DNA of 64,000 nucleotides from an uncultured delta proteobacterium (GTDB lineage Bacteria; Desulfobacterota; Binatia; DP-6): NCBI GenBank assembly GCA_963815115.1, contig CAWFFN010000009.1, positions 320,001 to 384,000 of the forward strand, read 5' to 3'. Shown piece by piece: positions 54,158 to 64,000 of this stretch (position 1 is its first letter; each line of letters starts with the position of its first letter). The notes under the pieces were generated by a model. It saw only the letters and a program-made list of their open reading frames with translations, ran no database searches and was not told where the DNA came from. The position numbers and the translations under genes were made by a program.

Positions 54158-54778
54158 ATGGCTACCGAGTCGAAGTCCACGTTTGAGATCAACCTCGAGC
54201 GGGCATCGTACTTCCTCGACATTCACGCATGGGGTCAGGGCGGTGAGAGGGGAGCACCAGCCAAGCCGCTGAGGGAGCTACCTCGCGGCGCGGTCGTCTT
54301 TGCAGTGGGTGCCCTTGACGCTTACTTGTCCGAGGTATCGGCCGAGGTACTTGTCGCACAGCTTCAGGCGAACCTTCCTTCGCAGGAGATGCGGGACCTC
54401 CTGAAACGAGTACAAAGTGAACTCCCCACGCTCCCGTTGGAGGTTGCGTTGCTCTCCCACCATAGCGATCGGATTGTTCGCATCAGGGAGGCGGTCACCG
54501 ACCACTTCCACAACCGTGTGAGTCAGCATGGTACCAGAGCGCTCTCGACGACGTTGATTCGTCTCGGCGGCAAGCCCGCAGACATGTGGAGCGCCTTGGG
54601 AGCGCGTGGGCTCTCAAACGCGCAGTTCGATCTGGACCGTTGGACCGATCTGCGCCACCAGATCGTGCACCAGGGAAAGAGGCCCTCTATTCGCAGGAAG
54701 CAAGCGAGGGCGTGCCTGGAGTTGCTGTCAGCCATCGTAGAGGAGGTGGACAAAGCGTGCGACGATCTCCTGCCGTAG
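54158..54778 (+). CDS. HEPN (RiboL-PSP-like) protein
   Basis: AVVFAVGALDAY, RHQIVH (Rx4H). Confidence 0.7.
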   Translation: MATESKSTFEINLERASYFLDIHAWGQGGERGAPAKPLRELPRGAVVFAVGALDAYLSEVSAEVLVAQLQANLPSQEMRDLLKRVQSELPTLPLEVALLSHHSDRIVRIREAVTDHFHNRVSQHGTRALSTTLIRLGGKPADMWSALGARGLSNAQFDLDRWTDLRHQIVHQGKRPSIRRKQARACLELLSAIVEEVDKACDDLLP

Positions 54779-54839
54779 CTGCCTGGATAGCCCACGCGAA
54801 CGGGCTGAGGGTGACGCCATCTGCGGTTGGGTGACTGAC

Positions 54840-55019
54840 ATGATGAGCGCGGGAGACGTCCTCGCGGTACTCGGCTGGTTGCCCTCGGATGTCGATGCTG
54901 ACGCCGCACTTGTTGCCAACCTGCTTGGCATCCCGGAGGCCGAAGCGTCGCAGCTGCTCGCCGAGCTAGAGGGGGGGGCAGCGGGCGACATCACGAGCGC
55001 GACGGGGCCGGTGCAGTAG
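54840..55019 (+). CDS. small hypothetical protein
   Basis: Acidic, helical-looking short ORF. Confidence 0.4.
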   Translation: MMSAGDVLAVLGWLPSDVDADAALVANLLGIPEAEASQLLAELEGGAAGDITSATGPVQ

Positions 55020-55051
55020 CAAGCGCGAGCCCACGACTGGTCACAGGCAAG

Positions 55052-55648
55052 ATGCAGACCGACCGAAGAAGGGCGGAAGAACTCATCATCGCCCAGATGG
55101 TGGCAGCGAAGCTGGGCGGCGAGGCCCGGCTCGCCAAACCGGACCCGCCCGACGCCTGGATCGACGTGCCAGGTGAGCCCGATCCCATACCCGTGGAGGT
55201 CGTGCGCGCATATCCATGGCCCGAAGGGCAGCAGCCCGAGCCGCAACGCGGCGCTCCCGCTGCACGGGCCGATGCCCAAAGGAAGCGTCAGGTTGAGGCG
55301 TTGCGGGAGGCTGGCGCGCCCGGCGTCATCTCCGGGATCCGAGATGCGAAGCAACCGTTCGCGGTGCCTGCGGTGCCCGGCGCAGCTGCCGCGCTAGGGC
55401 TGGAGATGGAGCGGCTCTCCCCGAGCCTATGGCTCATCGAGGCGGTGCGGCCGAAGTGTGAGATGCCGTACGCAACCGGTACGATCCTGGCGGTCGACTT
55501 CCGGTACCCCTGGCATCTCGACCCTGAGTACCTCGCTGAAGTCGGCCCGTTCGTGGCGAAGCATGGGCCTGCGCTCCGCTCGGTGTACGTCTGTCCATGG
55601 GGCAAGGAAGCGCGCCTGGCTCCATTTCCGTCGGGTCCACGCGGATAA
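55052..55648 (+). CDS. hypothetical protein, possible PD-(D/E)xK fold
   Basis: PDPPDAWI...IPVEVVR. Confidence 0.5.
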   Translation: MQTDRRRAEELIIAQMVAAKLGGEARLAKPDPPDAWIDVPGEPDPIPVEVVRAYPWPEGQQPEPQRGAPAARADAQRKRQVEALREAGAPGVISGIRDAKQPFAVPAVPGAAAALGLEMERLSPSLWLIEAVRPKCEMPYATGTILAVDFRYPWHLDPEYLAEVGPFVAKHGPALRSVYVCPWGKEARLAPFPSGPRG

Positions 55649-56803
55649 CGAGTAGGATCCCAGTACGCCCCCGTCAGGAGCCATCGAAGGGTCACAAGGG
55701 ATCCACCGGCTGGCGGCACGCCCGCGTACGGGGCGCTGCGGCGCAACCACGGTCATCCCGGCGTGGTTCAGGGCGAGGCGTCGCGAGGCACGGCAACCTG
55801 CCGGGGTGTGCTTGACAGCCGTCGCCTCACGCGGAACTGGGGCGAACCCGGCAGGGCGAGCGCGCGGTGAGCGAGCGCGTTTCCCTGACGGCACCAGCCG
55901 AGCCACGGCCGGGGGCGGCCGGTTGACGCTTCTGACGTTTCCGTGCACACGCCGATGCTCCGGACGGAGGTTCTGCGATGCGCCGACTTCCTCGCCGACT
56001 CTGGTCTGCCACTCTTACCCTGGTCGCGATCCTCGGGAGCTGGATGCGTCTACCACCATCGATGGGACCGTCCAGGTGCGACCGCGTCGAATTTCTACCG
56101 GGACTCCCAGGCCTGCCACCACGAGGTCGATCCGCGCTGGTCGTTCTGCACGGGGAACGCATGCAGGGACATGGAGGCCCATCAGCGCGACGCGATGGCG
56201 CGTTGCCTTCGTGCGCGAGGCTGGAGCAGTCGAGGCGTCGCGAGCATCACGGGCGGCTCGGACGAGGAATACGCGGGCGAGTAGTCTCAGGAGGACGAGG
56301 CCGCCCTCAAGCCGTAGGCGTGTAATTCCCCGCCGCCCGTGTGCCGCCTTCGCAGGATTTTTCTGTCCACCCGCCCATTTCAAAGGTCGAGGGCGTATAC
56401 CCTGGTGTGAGCGATTCTCAGGGCCCCCTACCAGCGCCGCGCGGCCGTCCTCGTGCGCGGCATAGAGTCCGGTGGCGTGCGCGCGCGTGCCGGGTGCGGG
56501 TTCCCGTGCACAGCACGTTCTGGAGGGTACGGATGAAAGGACACAACGCGACTCACGGCTGATGGCCGACGGCCCTGACGGGCCCCCTGGCCGCAGCCGC
56601 ACGCGCGTGAGGCCGGATGCACGAGCGCAGGCCGGTGGCCGTTCTGGCACACGATCACGTGGATGTTCTCGCGCGGAACATTCGGGCGTTGGTCGTCCGG
56701 CCCGTGGCGTGCGGCTTGATCTACGGGAGCGCCCCGGCGCGGCGGCACTCCCTGCTCAAAAAAAATACCGGCCCAGGACGATCCGGGACGGAGAATAGAT
56801 CGC

Positions 56804-57010
56804 ATGACGAAAAACACGCAGCACCTCACTGCGCCCCGCGCCGTCGGACGCCCGAGACATCCCGAACCGTTGACGCGGCTGGTCGTCACGGTCGAATCCT
56901 CGACCCTCGACCGGCTCCACGAGATCGCGAACGCCGAAGATAGGAGCCTGTCCTCGATCGCGCGGCGAGCGCTCACGCGTGAAGTCGCGCAGCACCCGGA
57001 GGCTGCGTAA
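56804..57010 (+). CDS. ribbon-helix-helix (CopG-like) DNA-binding protein
   Basis: GRP, LVVTV, LDRLHEIA..EDRSLSSIARRAL. Confidence 0.7.
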   Translation: MTKNTQHLTAPRAVGRPRHPEPLTRLVVTVESSTLDRLHEIANAEDRSLSSIARRALTREVAQHPEAA

Positions 57011-57333
57011 TGGGCGCGGCGCACGACTTCGCAGCGGCCCATGTGGTCTGCAAGGCCGACGCGGCCAGCGTGACGATCGAACTCGCCGGCCGGACCGGCG
57101 AGCCCGCATCCGTTCCGGGGCTCTCCGTCGCGACCGTGGTCGGCCGCGAGCTGGTCGGGTCGCTCCTGGTGACTGACGACTCCATCATCCTCGTGCCGGC
57201 AGGAGCCGCAGGCCTGGTGCGGCTCCAGTTCAAGCTGCCGCGTGCCCACGGCGTCAAGGAGATCTTGTGCGACATCGCCTTGACGGCACCCGACGACGAC
57301 CGGGTCGGCATCGGCCAGGTGACGGTCAGCTGA
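57010..57333 (+). CDS. hypothetical protein
   Basis: TAATG and TGATG translational coupling on both sides. Confidence 0.55.
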   Translation: MGAAHDFAAAHVVCKADAASVTIELAGRTGEPASVPGLSVATVVGRELVGSLLVTDDSIILVPAGAAGLVRLQFKLPRAHGVKEILCDIALTAPDDDRVGIGQVTVS

Positions 57334-57837
57334 TGCAGCGGGTACGTGGCAAGGTCCGCACGCTCGAACTCACCGACTTCAAGACGAAGGCGGCGACGGA
57401 CGGTTCTCTCATCATCACCGGTCTCGCGAACACCCCGAACATCGACCGGATGAAGGAGATCGTCGAGTGGAACGCGTTCAGCGCCACGCTCCCGATCTAC
57501 ATGAAGAACCCGATCATGTTGTTGCAGCACGACCCGCGCCAGCCGATCGGGACGTTCACGGAAGTGCTGGCCACCCAGCAGGGCTTGCGGGTCAACGGCG
57601 TCGTGGTGTCCGGCACCCCGGCGGCCGACGAGGCGCAGGTGCTGATCAAGCACGGCGTGCTCCGGAGCTTCTCCATCGGGTTCCGAGAATTGGACGGCGG
57701 GTACGACGAGAACGACATCTACCACATCACGTCGGGCGAACTCTACGAGATCTCCGTCGTGTCGATCCCGGCCAACAGGGAGTCCATCTTCACCATGGAG
57801 GGTGGGATCACCAAGGCCGTCCGCTACTCGGGCGACA
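57333..57837 (+). CDS. HK97-family phage prohead protease, 3' end replaced by a transposase remnant
   Basis: MLLQHD..QPIG, SFSIGF, LYEISVVSIPAN. Confidence 0.85.
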
Positions 57838-58012
57838 CCCGCGCCAGTATGACGCAGAACGCGCGCTCCGCCCGGCTGAGCTTGGGCCGTTGCGCTGGGC
57901 GTCGCAGGACGGCCCGCTGCTGTCGCAGAGCCAGGTTCTCTAGCGCCAGCTCGCGGCGAGACTTGAGGCTCGACCGCGCCGCTGAGAGCAGGGCCCACAC
58001 GAGCTTCTTCAT
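57838..58012 (-). mobile_element. N-terminal remnant of an integrase-core transposase
   Basis: SRRELALENLALRQQ..VLRR...RPKL. Confidence 0.65.
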
Positions 58013-58241
58013 GGTTCGCGGAGCCTGCCCCAAGCGCGGAAACATCAAGGATCTCACCCAGCACGCGGTTTTGAGGACCCACAGGCGGCAGGGCCGATCG
58101 GACGGACTCCCCCACGGGACCGCGTACCACCGGGACCGGAGCGAACCGAGCGCGTGGGTCGCCTCTCTTCGAGGCGACCCACGACTTCCTCGTGCCGCAG
58201 TTTCACGGAATGGCAGCCCCGCTGGGTCAGCGCCGCCCCCC

Positions 58242-58271
58242 TTGACAAGGCCAGGCCAGCGGGCTTAGACA
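58242..58271 (+). promoter_or_regulatory. candidate sigma-70 promoter
   Basis: TTGACA-N18-TAGACA upstream of the mddA-like gene. Confidence 0.45.
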
Positions 58272-58345
58272 TCTGCCCAATTCGACTGCCCAATACAGCC
58301 GCCCAATCCAGCGATGGGCGAGCCAGAAGACAAGGAGAACGAACG

Positions 58346-59140
58346 ATGTCTGCCACCTCGTACCCCGAAAGCGAACTGGAGTCGGGCGCCTCGGCCGCGA
58401 GCCGTGCCGTGATCCTGCTCTACGGAATCGCGACCTACCTCTTTTTCCTGGCGGTCTTCGTGTACACGATCGGCTTCGTCGGAGGGTTCGTCGTCCCCAA
58501 GCACATCGAGAACGGCGCGCCGGGGGATACCCCGAGCGCGATCCTCGTCGACGTCGCCCTCCTCGCCCTGTTCGCGATCCAGCACAGCGTGATGGCGCGA
58601 CCCGCCTTCAAGCGCTGGTGGACGCAGATCATCCCGGCCGCGGCCGAACGGAGCACGTTCGTGCTGTGTGCCAGCGCACTTCTGGCCCTGATCGTCTGGC
58701 AGTGGCGGCCCCTGCCCGGCGTCGTGTGGGAGGTGGAGAGCCCGATGGGCGTCGCGGTGCTGCACGGCCTCTACTTCCTCGGGTGGGGAATCGTCCTCTA
58801 CGCGACCTTCCTGATCGATCACTTCGAGCTGTTCGGCGTGCGTCAGGCGATCGACCATGCCTTCGGCCGACCCGCTGAGCAGGCGCGGTTCACCGAGCGC
58901 TCCCTCTACCGCGTCGTGCGGCACCCACTGATGCTCGGCTTCCTCGTCGCGTTCTGGGCTGCGCCGGTGATGTCCCCAGGACGTCTCCTCTTCGCGGGAG
59001 TGATCACGGCGTGGGTTCTTCTGGCCATCCGCGTCGAGGAGTCGACGCTCGTCGAGATGCATGGCGAGGTGTACGAAAGCTATCGTCGTCGTGTCCCTGC
59101 ACTCCTGCCGAGATTCCGCTGGCGGGCCAGTGCGGAATGA
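58346..59140 (+). CDS. mddA: MddA-like methanethiol S-methyltransferase (ICMT family)
   Basis: FAIQHSVMARPAFK, ERSTFV, IDHFELFG, VRHPLMLG. Confidence 0.8.
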   Translation: MSATSYPESELESGASAASRAVILLYGIATYLFFLAVFVYTIGFVGGFVVPKHIENGAPGDTPSAILVDVALLALFAIQHSVMARPAFKRWWTQIIPAAAERSTFVLCASALLALIVWQWRPLPGVVWEVESPMGVAVLHGLYFLGWGIVLYATFLIDHFELFGVRQAIDHAFGRPAEQARFTERSLYRVVRHPLMLGFLVAFWAAPVMSPGRLLFAGVITAWVLLAIRVEESTLVEMHGEVYESYRRRVPALLPRFRWRASAE

Positions 59141-59851
59141 GTGAAGGAGCTTCCCGGGATGAAACGACCCAGTGAAGCGGCAGCCCATCGCGGCGGCCGC
59201 AGTCGCTTCCAGACCGCTCGGATGCAACCCGCCGGGGCTTCTCACGGCCGCCGGGAGGCCGTCGGCGCGCTGCTCGACGCGGCGGAGCGCCTGCTCGTCG
59301 AACAAGGCTACGGAGCGGTCACGACCCGGAACCTCGCCGAGCGGGCCGGCGTCAACCATGGCCTGGTGCACTACTACTTCGGCTCGATGGAAGAGGTGAT
59401 GGTGCAGGTGCTCGGGCGCTTCACGGCCAGGCTGATCGAGCGCCAGCGCGCCATGTACTCGAGCGAGCGCTCGTTCCTCGAGAAGTGGCGCGCGGCATGG
59501 GCCTTTCAGCAAGAGGACCTGTCGAGCGGCTACTCGAAGATCTGGCTGGAGCTGCAGGCCATGGCGTGGAACCGGCCGGAGCTGCGCGCGCGCGTCCAGC
59601 AGGTGAACGAGGAGTGGCGACGGGTGCTGACCGAGGCCTTCGCGCCGGCCGCCCGCGAGTACGGCTTCGGCGCGCTCTCGCTCGAGGCCACCGTGAGCCT
59701 CGTGATGACCATGGCACAGGGATACGCGCTCGAGAAGCTGTCCGGCATCGACGAGGGCCACGCGGCCCTGCTCTCGGAGATCGACTCCTGGATGAAGTCA
59801 CGCGCGAGGGGAGCAAGGGGCTCCCGATCGAAGAAGGAGCACACGTCATGA
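59141..59851 (+). CDS. TetR-family regulator (start uncertain)
   Basis: LLDAAERLL...AGVNHGLVHYYFGS. Confidence 0.9.
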   Translation: MKELPGMKRPSEAAAHRGGRSRFQTARMQPAGASHGRREAVGALLDAAERLLVEQGYGAVTTRNLAERAGVNHGLVHYYFGSMEEVMVQVLGRFTARLIERQRAMYSSERSFLEKWRAAWAFQQEDLSSGYSKIWLELQAMAWNRPELRARVQQVNEEWRRVLTEAFAPAAREYGFGALSLEATVSLVMTMAQGYALEKLSGIDEGHAALLSEIDSWMKSRARGARGSRSKKEHTS

Positions 59852-62001
59852 GGACCACCTGGACACCGACCGGCGAGCAGAGCCGCGCCCGCTACCCCGA
59901 CGCCGAGGGCTACGCCTCGCGCGAGGACGGCACGCGCATCTTCTACGAGGTGTACGGCGAAGGGGATCGCACGATCGTCTTCGTGCCCCCCTGGGCCATC
60001 GTGCACTCGCGGCTGTGGAAGGCGCAGATCCCCTACTTCGCGAGGCGTTCGCGCGTGATCGCCTTCGATCCGCGCGGCAACGGCCGCTCCGACCGGCCGG
60101 CCGACGTCTCGCTCTACTCCGAGGAGGAGAACGCCGCCGACATCGGCGCCGTGCTCGATGCAACCGGCACCGACCGGGCCACGCTGGTCACGATGTCGCG
60201 CGGCTGCCAGCGGAGCCTCCTGTTCGCAGCGGAGAAGCCCCATCGTGTGGAGGGAGTGGTCTTCATGTCGTGCGGGACCCTGCTCTCACCCGAGCGACGA
60301 GAGGTCGACGACCTCACGCAGCAGATCCTCCCTGCCCGCGACGTACCCATCGATGCGCTGCCTGCCATGAACTACTTCAATCGCGAGGCCTGGCAGCGTG
60401 ACCCGGAGATGTATCGGTCCTTCCTGATCTGGTTCTTCGAGACCTTCTTCGAGGAGCATTCGACGAAGCAGATCGAGGACGCCATTGGCTGGGGCCTCGA
60501 GACTGACGGGAACACGCTGGCCGCAACCCATCTGGGCCCGCAGATCGATGCCGAGCGGACGCGCGGGCTCTGCGCCCGCATCCGGTGTCCCACGTTCGTG
60601 ATCCACGGAACCGGCGACAGCATCACGCCGTTCGCGGAGGGCGAAGCCCTGGCGGCTGCGCTGGGAACGCGCCTCGAGGCGGTCGACGGCTCGGGCCACG
60701 GGCCCATGGCACGAAAACCGGTGCAGGTGAATCACGCGTTGCGCGAGTTCCTCGAGCCCGGCTTCGAGCGCGAGCCCGCTCCGCGGCCTCGCCGACGGAG
60801 CGGCCCCAAGCGCGTCCTCTACATCTCGTCGCCCATCGGCCTCGGCCATGCACAGCGCGACGTCGCGATCGCGCGAGCGCTGCGGCAACGGGTGGACGGC
60901 GTCGAGATCGATTGGCTGGCGCAGCATCCCGTGACGCGTGTTCTCGAAGCCGAAGGCGAGTCGATTCACCCGGCGAGCCGTCACCTGGCGAGCGAGTCGA
61001 AGCACATCGAGTGCGAGTCCGCCGAGCACGACCTACACTGCTTCCAGGCGATCCGGCGCATGGACGAGATCCTGATCAACAACTTCATGGTGTTCGACGA
61101 CGTCATGCGCGAGGGGAACTACGACCTGGTCGTCGGGGACGAAGCGTGGGAGGTCGACTACTACCTCCACGAGAATCCGCGGCAGAAGCGGACCCCCTAC
61201 GTCTGGCTGACCGACTTCGTCGGCTGGATTCCGATGCTCGACGGCGGCGAGCACGAGGTCTTCCTCACCGCCGACTACAACGAGGAGATGATCGGACACA
61301 TCGCACAGCATCCGGAGGTGCGCGACCGTGCGATCTTCGTCGGGAACCCGGAAGACATCGTTCCACGAACCTTCGGACCGGAGCTTCCCTGGATCCGCGA
61401 CTGGACGGAGAAGAACTACTCGTTTTCCGGGTACGTCACGGGCTTCGATCCGTCCGACCTCGACCGGGAAGGGTTGCGGGAGGAGCTCGGCTACCGTCGC
61501 GACGAGAAGGTCTGCATCGTCAGTGTCGGCGGCTCCGGTGTGGGTGAGCACCTCCTCCGCCGCGTGATCGAATCTCATGCCGAGGCCCGCCGGCGCGAGC
61601 CGGCGCTTCGGATGATCGTCGTGGCCGGGCCGCGTATCGATCCCACCTCGCTGCCCCGGCACCCGGGCCTCGAGGTCGTGGCGTACGTGCACAACCTCTA
61701 TCGCCACCTCGCGGCGTGCGACCTGGCCGTGGTCCAGGGTGGGCTCACCACGTCGATGGAGCTCGCTGCCAACGGGCGTCCCTTCCTCTACTTTCCCCTC
61801 CGGCACCACTTCGAGCAGAACGTCCACGTGCGCCACCGCCTCCAGAACTACGCAGCGGGTCGATGCATGGACTTCGACGCGGCAACCCCGGACGTGATCG
61901 CGGGGGCGATCGCCGAGGAGATCCGCCGGCCCACGAGCTACAGGCCCGTCGAAACCGACGGCGCCGACCGCGCCGCAGCGCTGATCGCCGAGCTCCTGTG
62001 A
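59848..62001 (+). CDS. alpha/beta hydrolase fused to a GT-B glycosyltransferase domain
   Basis: FDPRGNGRS, TMSRG, HGTGD, GSGH; then SPIGLGH, VSVGGSG, QGGLTT, HFEQ. Confidence 0.85.
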   Translation: MRTTWTPTGEQSRARYPDAEGYASREDGTRIFYEVYGEGDRTIVFVPPWAIVHSRLWKAQIPYFARRSRVIAFDPRGNGRSDRPADVSLYSEEENAADIGAVLDATGTDRATLVTMSRGCQRSLLFAAEKPHRVEGVVFMSCGTLLSPERREVDDLTQQILPARDVPIDALPAMNYFNREAWQRDPEMYRSFLIWFFETFFEEHSTKQIEDAIGWGLETDGNTLAATHLGPQIDAERTRGLCARIRCPTFVIHGTGDSITPFAEGEALAAALGTRLEAVDGSGHGPMARKPVQVNHALREFLEPGFEREPAPRPRRRSGPKRVLYISSPIGLGHAQRDVAIARALRQRVDGVEIDWLAQHPVTRVLEAEGESIHPASRHLASESKHIECESAEHDLHCFQAIRRMDEILINNFMVFDDVMREGNYDLVVGDEAWEVDYYLHENPRQKRTPYVWLTDFVGWIPMLDGGEHEVFLTADYNEEMIGHIAQHPEVRDRAIFVGNPEDIVPRTFGPELPWIRDWTEKNYSFSGYVTGFDPSDLDREGLREELGYRRDEKVCIVSVGGSGVGEHLLRRVIESHAEARRREPALRMIVVAGPRIDPTSLPRHPGLEVVAYVHNLYRHLAACDLAVVQGGLTTSMELAANGRPFLYFPLRHHFEQNVHVRHRLQNYAAGRCMDFDAATPDVIAGAIAEEIRRPTSYRPVETDGADRAAALIAELL

Positions 62002-62122
62002 TCACGGGCTCGTACAGGCGACTGTCGTGCAATCGCGGCGCGGTCCGTATGCGGTCGCGCCGAGGATGAGGGCGCCTTCGTCGAGAGCCAGCCGGGTGAT
62101 AGTGGCTTTGAACGGAGCGGAG

Positions 62123-62615
62123 ATGCAGCGCCGGCTGATGCTCATGCGGCAGGCGAAGAGCGCGTGGCAGTCACACGCGCCGACCGACCACGAGCGACCG
62201 CTCAACAGGCGCGGACGTCGCGATGCGCCGCGCGTGGGCAAGCGACTTGCCAAGCTTGGCTGGGTGCCGGAGCTCGTGGTGAGCTCGGACAGCCGCCGTA
62301 CCCAGGAGACGTGGGAGCGGATGCAGAAGCGCTTCCCGGAGACGCGCGTCAGCTTCACGCGGGCGCTCTATGTGGGGGGTTGGGTTGACGGAGCTGCGGA
62401 CGGAGGTCGCGCGCCTCTCGGCCGAGGTGCGCACCGTTCTGGTCCTCGGTCACAACCCAGGCTGGGAGAACGCGGTCAAGGCGCTCAGCGGCCGCGAGGT
62501 GCGGATCACGACGGCGAATGTCGTCCTGCTGAAGGGAGAGGGGGCGACCTGGGGCGAGGCGCTGCGGCGCGGCTCGTGGAGCGTCGCCGGCATCGTTCGT
62601 CCGAAGGAGCTCTGA
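62123..62615 (+). pseudogene. SixA-like histidine phosphatase, frameshifted near 62380
   Basis: LMRQAKS (His replaced by Gln), DHERPL, LGHNP in a shifted frame. Confidence 0.75.
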
Positions 62616-63057
62616 CGACCGGCCGTGTGGCCAGCCCCGTTGCCGTCGCCATCGCGCACCGGAGCGCCGCGACGATCGCCTTGGCCGGGTTGGCGTGTCG
62701 TCGGGCCACCTACTCCGCGGACCCGCGTGCCGAGAGCGCCTCCGTCTTCTCCAGGATGACCGCTCCGTTCAGGAAGTTGGGTAGCATACCTGCCACGGTC
62801 CCGGCCGACGAGCGTCTCCGCCTGCATGCTCGCGTTCGTCTTTAGCCAGTTCTGAGGACTGAACACCTTGCCGCTGGCCTGAGCCTGGTTGAGAGCTGTC
62901 TGGAGCGCGTTCTCCAGGCACGTCGCCGCCATCGGGAGGAAGTCGGCCGCGCTTTCGGCTGCGGACAACGTATATCGCGGTTCAACCACCATCGCTGGCT
63001 GCCTATTGGCGGCGGCGATCAGGGCCGAGATTGAGAAGAGGATATGGTACTGCACGT

Positions 63058-63145
63058 AGCCGTCGCCATAGCGGAGCCGATGATTGAAGGTGGAGATCTT
63101 CGCCGCCTCGCGGGGCAACAGCTCGCCGTCGACGTAGAGTTGCAT
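63058..63145 (-). pseudogene. N-terminal remnant of branched-chain aminotransferase (IlvE-like) fused to unrelated sequence
   Basis: MQLYVDGELLPREAAKISTFNHRLRYGDG. Confidence 0.6.
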
Positions 63146-63194
63146 CGTCGCATCGTAGGGTCCGCGCGCCGAGTCGACATGAGCGTCCGCGCGT

Positions 63195-63635
63195 TCAGCC
63201 GCAGACCGGCATCTGCCCGAGGGTGGTCACGGTGCAGGCGAGACCCGCACAGCAAAGCGTGATATTGCCGCATGGCGAGCCTGCCGGCAGGCAGGTCCCG
63301 TTGAGCTCTTGCGCGAGCTCCTCCGAGAATCGATCGACGAGCAGTGCGACGGACGGCGCGTCACCCGTGGCGCTGCATCCGCCCTTCGCGTCGATCTTGG
63401 CGAACGTCGTGCCGAGCGTCGCATGCGCGGCGTCGACGCAGGCGGGGTCCGGGTCGCTCCCCGTCTGGATCGCGTGGCGAAAGCATGTGTTCAGCGCCGA
63501 CGATGCCTTGAGCGCCGCATGCATCTTGGCGAACCCGCACGCGACGGCGGGGTCGAGCGACGCCGCGCTCGCACCCGCGGCGACGACCATGGTGAGCGCG
63601 ACGGCGCTGACCGATCGCATGATTGAAGTCTGCAT
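63195..63635 (-). CDS. secreted Cys-rich protein
   Basis: GGAG RBS, signal peptide, AC.FAK..AA.K...C...DPAC unit, C-terminal C..CC..C cluster. Confidence 0.7.
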   Translation of the reverse strand: MQTSIMRSVSAVALTMVVAAGASAASLDPAVACGFAKMHAALKASSALNTCFRHAIQTGSDPDPACVDAAHATLGTTFAKIDAKGGCSATGDAPSVALLVDRFSEELAQELNGTCLPAGSPCGNITLCCAGLACTVTTLGQMPVCG

Positions 63636-64000
63636 ATTCGTCTCCTCCTGCGTTGCGCGGTGGAGTGCCGGCGGTGTCCGGCGTCGCAACGCGTCAGCAC
63701 TCCTACGCGCGACGCGACCGTCCGGATGCGGCTCGACGCGACGATGGCGCTCGGACGCCGGCCCGAACGTGCACGCCGCGGAAACATCGATCTTCTCGCT
63801 CCCGGCGGGCGCGATATCCCGTCGCCGAGGCCGTTGCTTCCGATCCGGGTCGCCTTCACCACTAAATACGGTTAGCAAGCTCGTCGCTGCGAGCGCAGCC
63901 GGAGGGCGTCGCTATGCGCCGCAGGTGGCCGCAGGCCGTCTGGCGCTCACGGTCGGGTGTGGGCAACCGTGTTGGTGGCGTCACTGACAGCGGGTGGAGA

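Overview
GC-rich, heavily rearranged accessory region, probably from a Candidatus Binatia-like bacterium (inferred from several secreted Cys-rich proteins with Thr-rich linkers). A few intact genes (ClC channel, glnK-amtB, merR cluster, vapBC, oxidoreductase, an mddA-tetR-hydrolase/glycosyltransferase operon) sit among many truncated genes and IS remnants (IS3, IS5, IS91-like), and a degraded integrated element lies next to a tRNA-Leu 3' remnant. Main observations: (1) three IS110 copies whose non-coding left end folds into a bridge-RNA-like structure; one loop matches the IS right end and the other matches the end of a discrete 90-bp module that occurs six times, three of them without a following IS110; (2) a minimal 1.93-kb large-serine-recombinase element whose attP and attB can be rebuilt exactly and which interrupts an IS91-like transposase; (3) four RxxxxH (HEPN-like) proteins; (4) a repeated 29-bp operator-like motif linked to an uncharacterised regulator pair. 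Many single-base frameshifts may be sequencing errors. All calls come from reading the sequence; no database searches were run.
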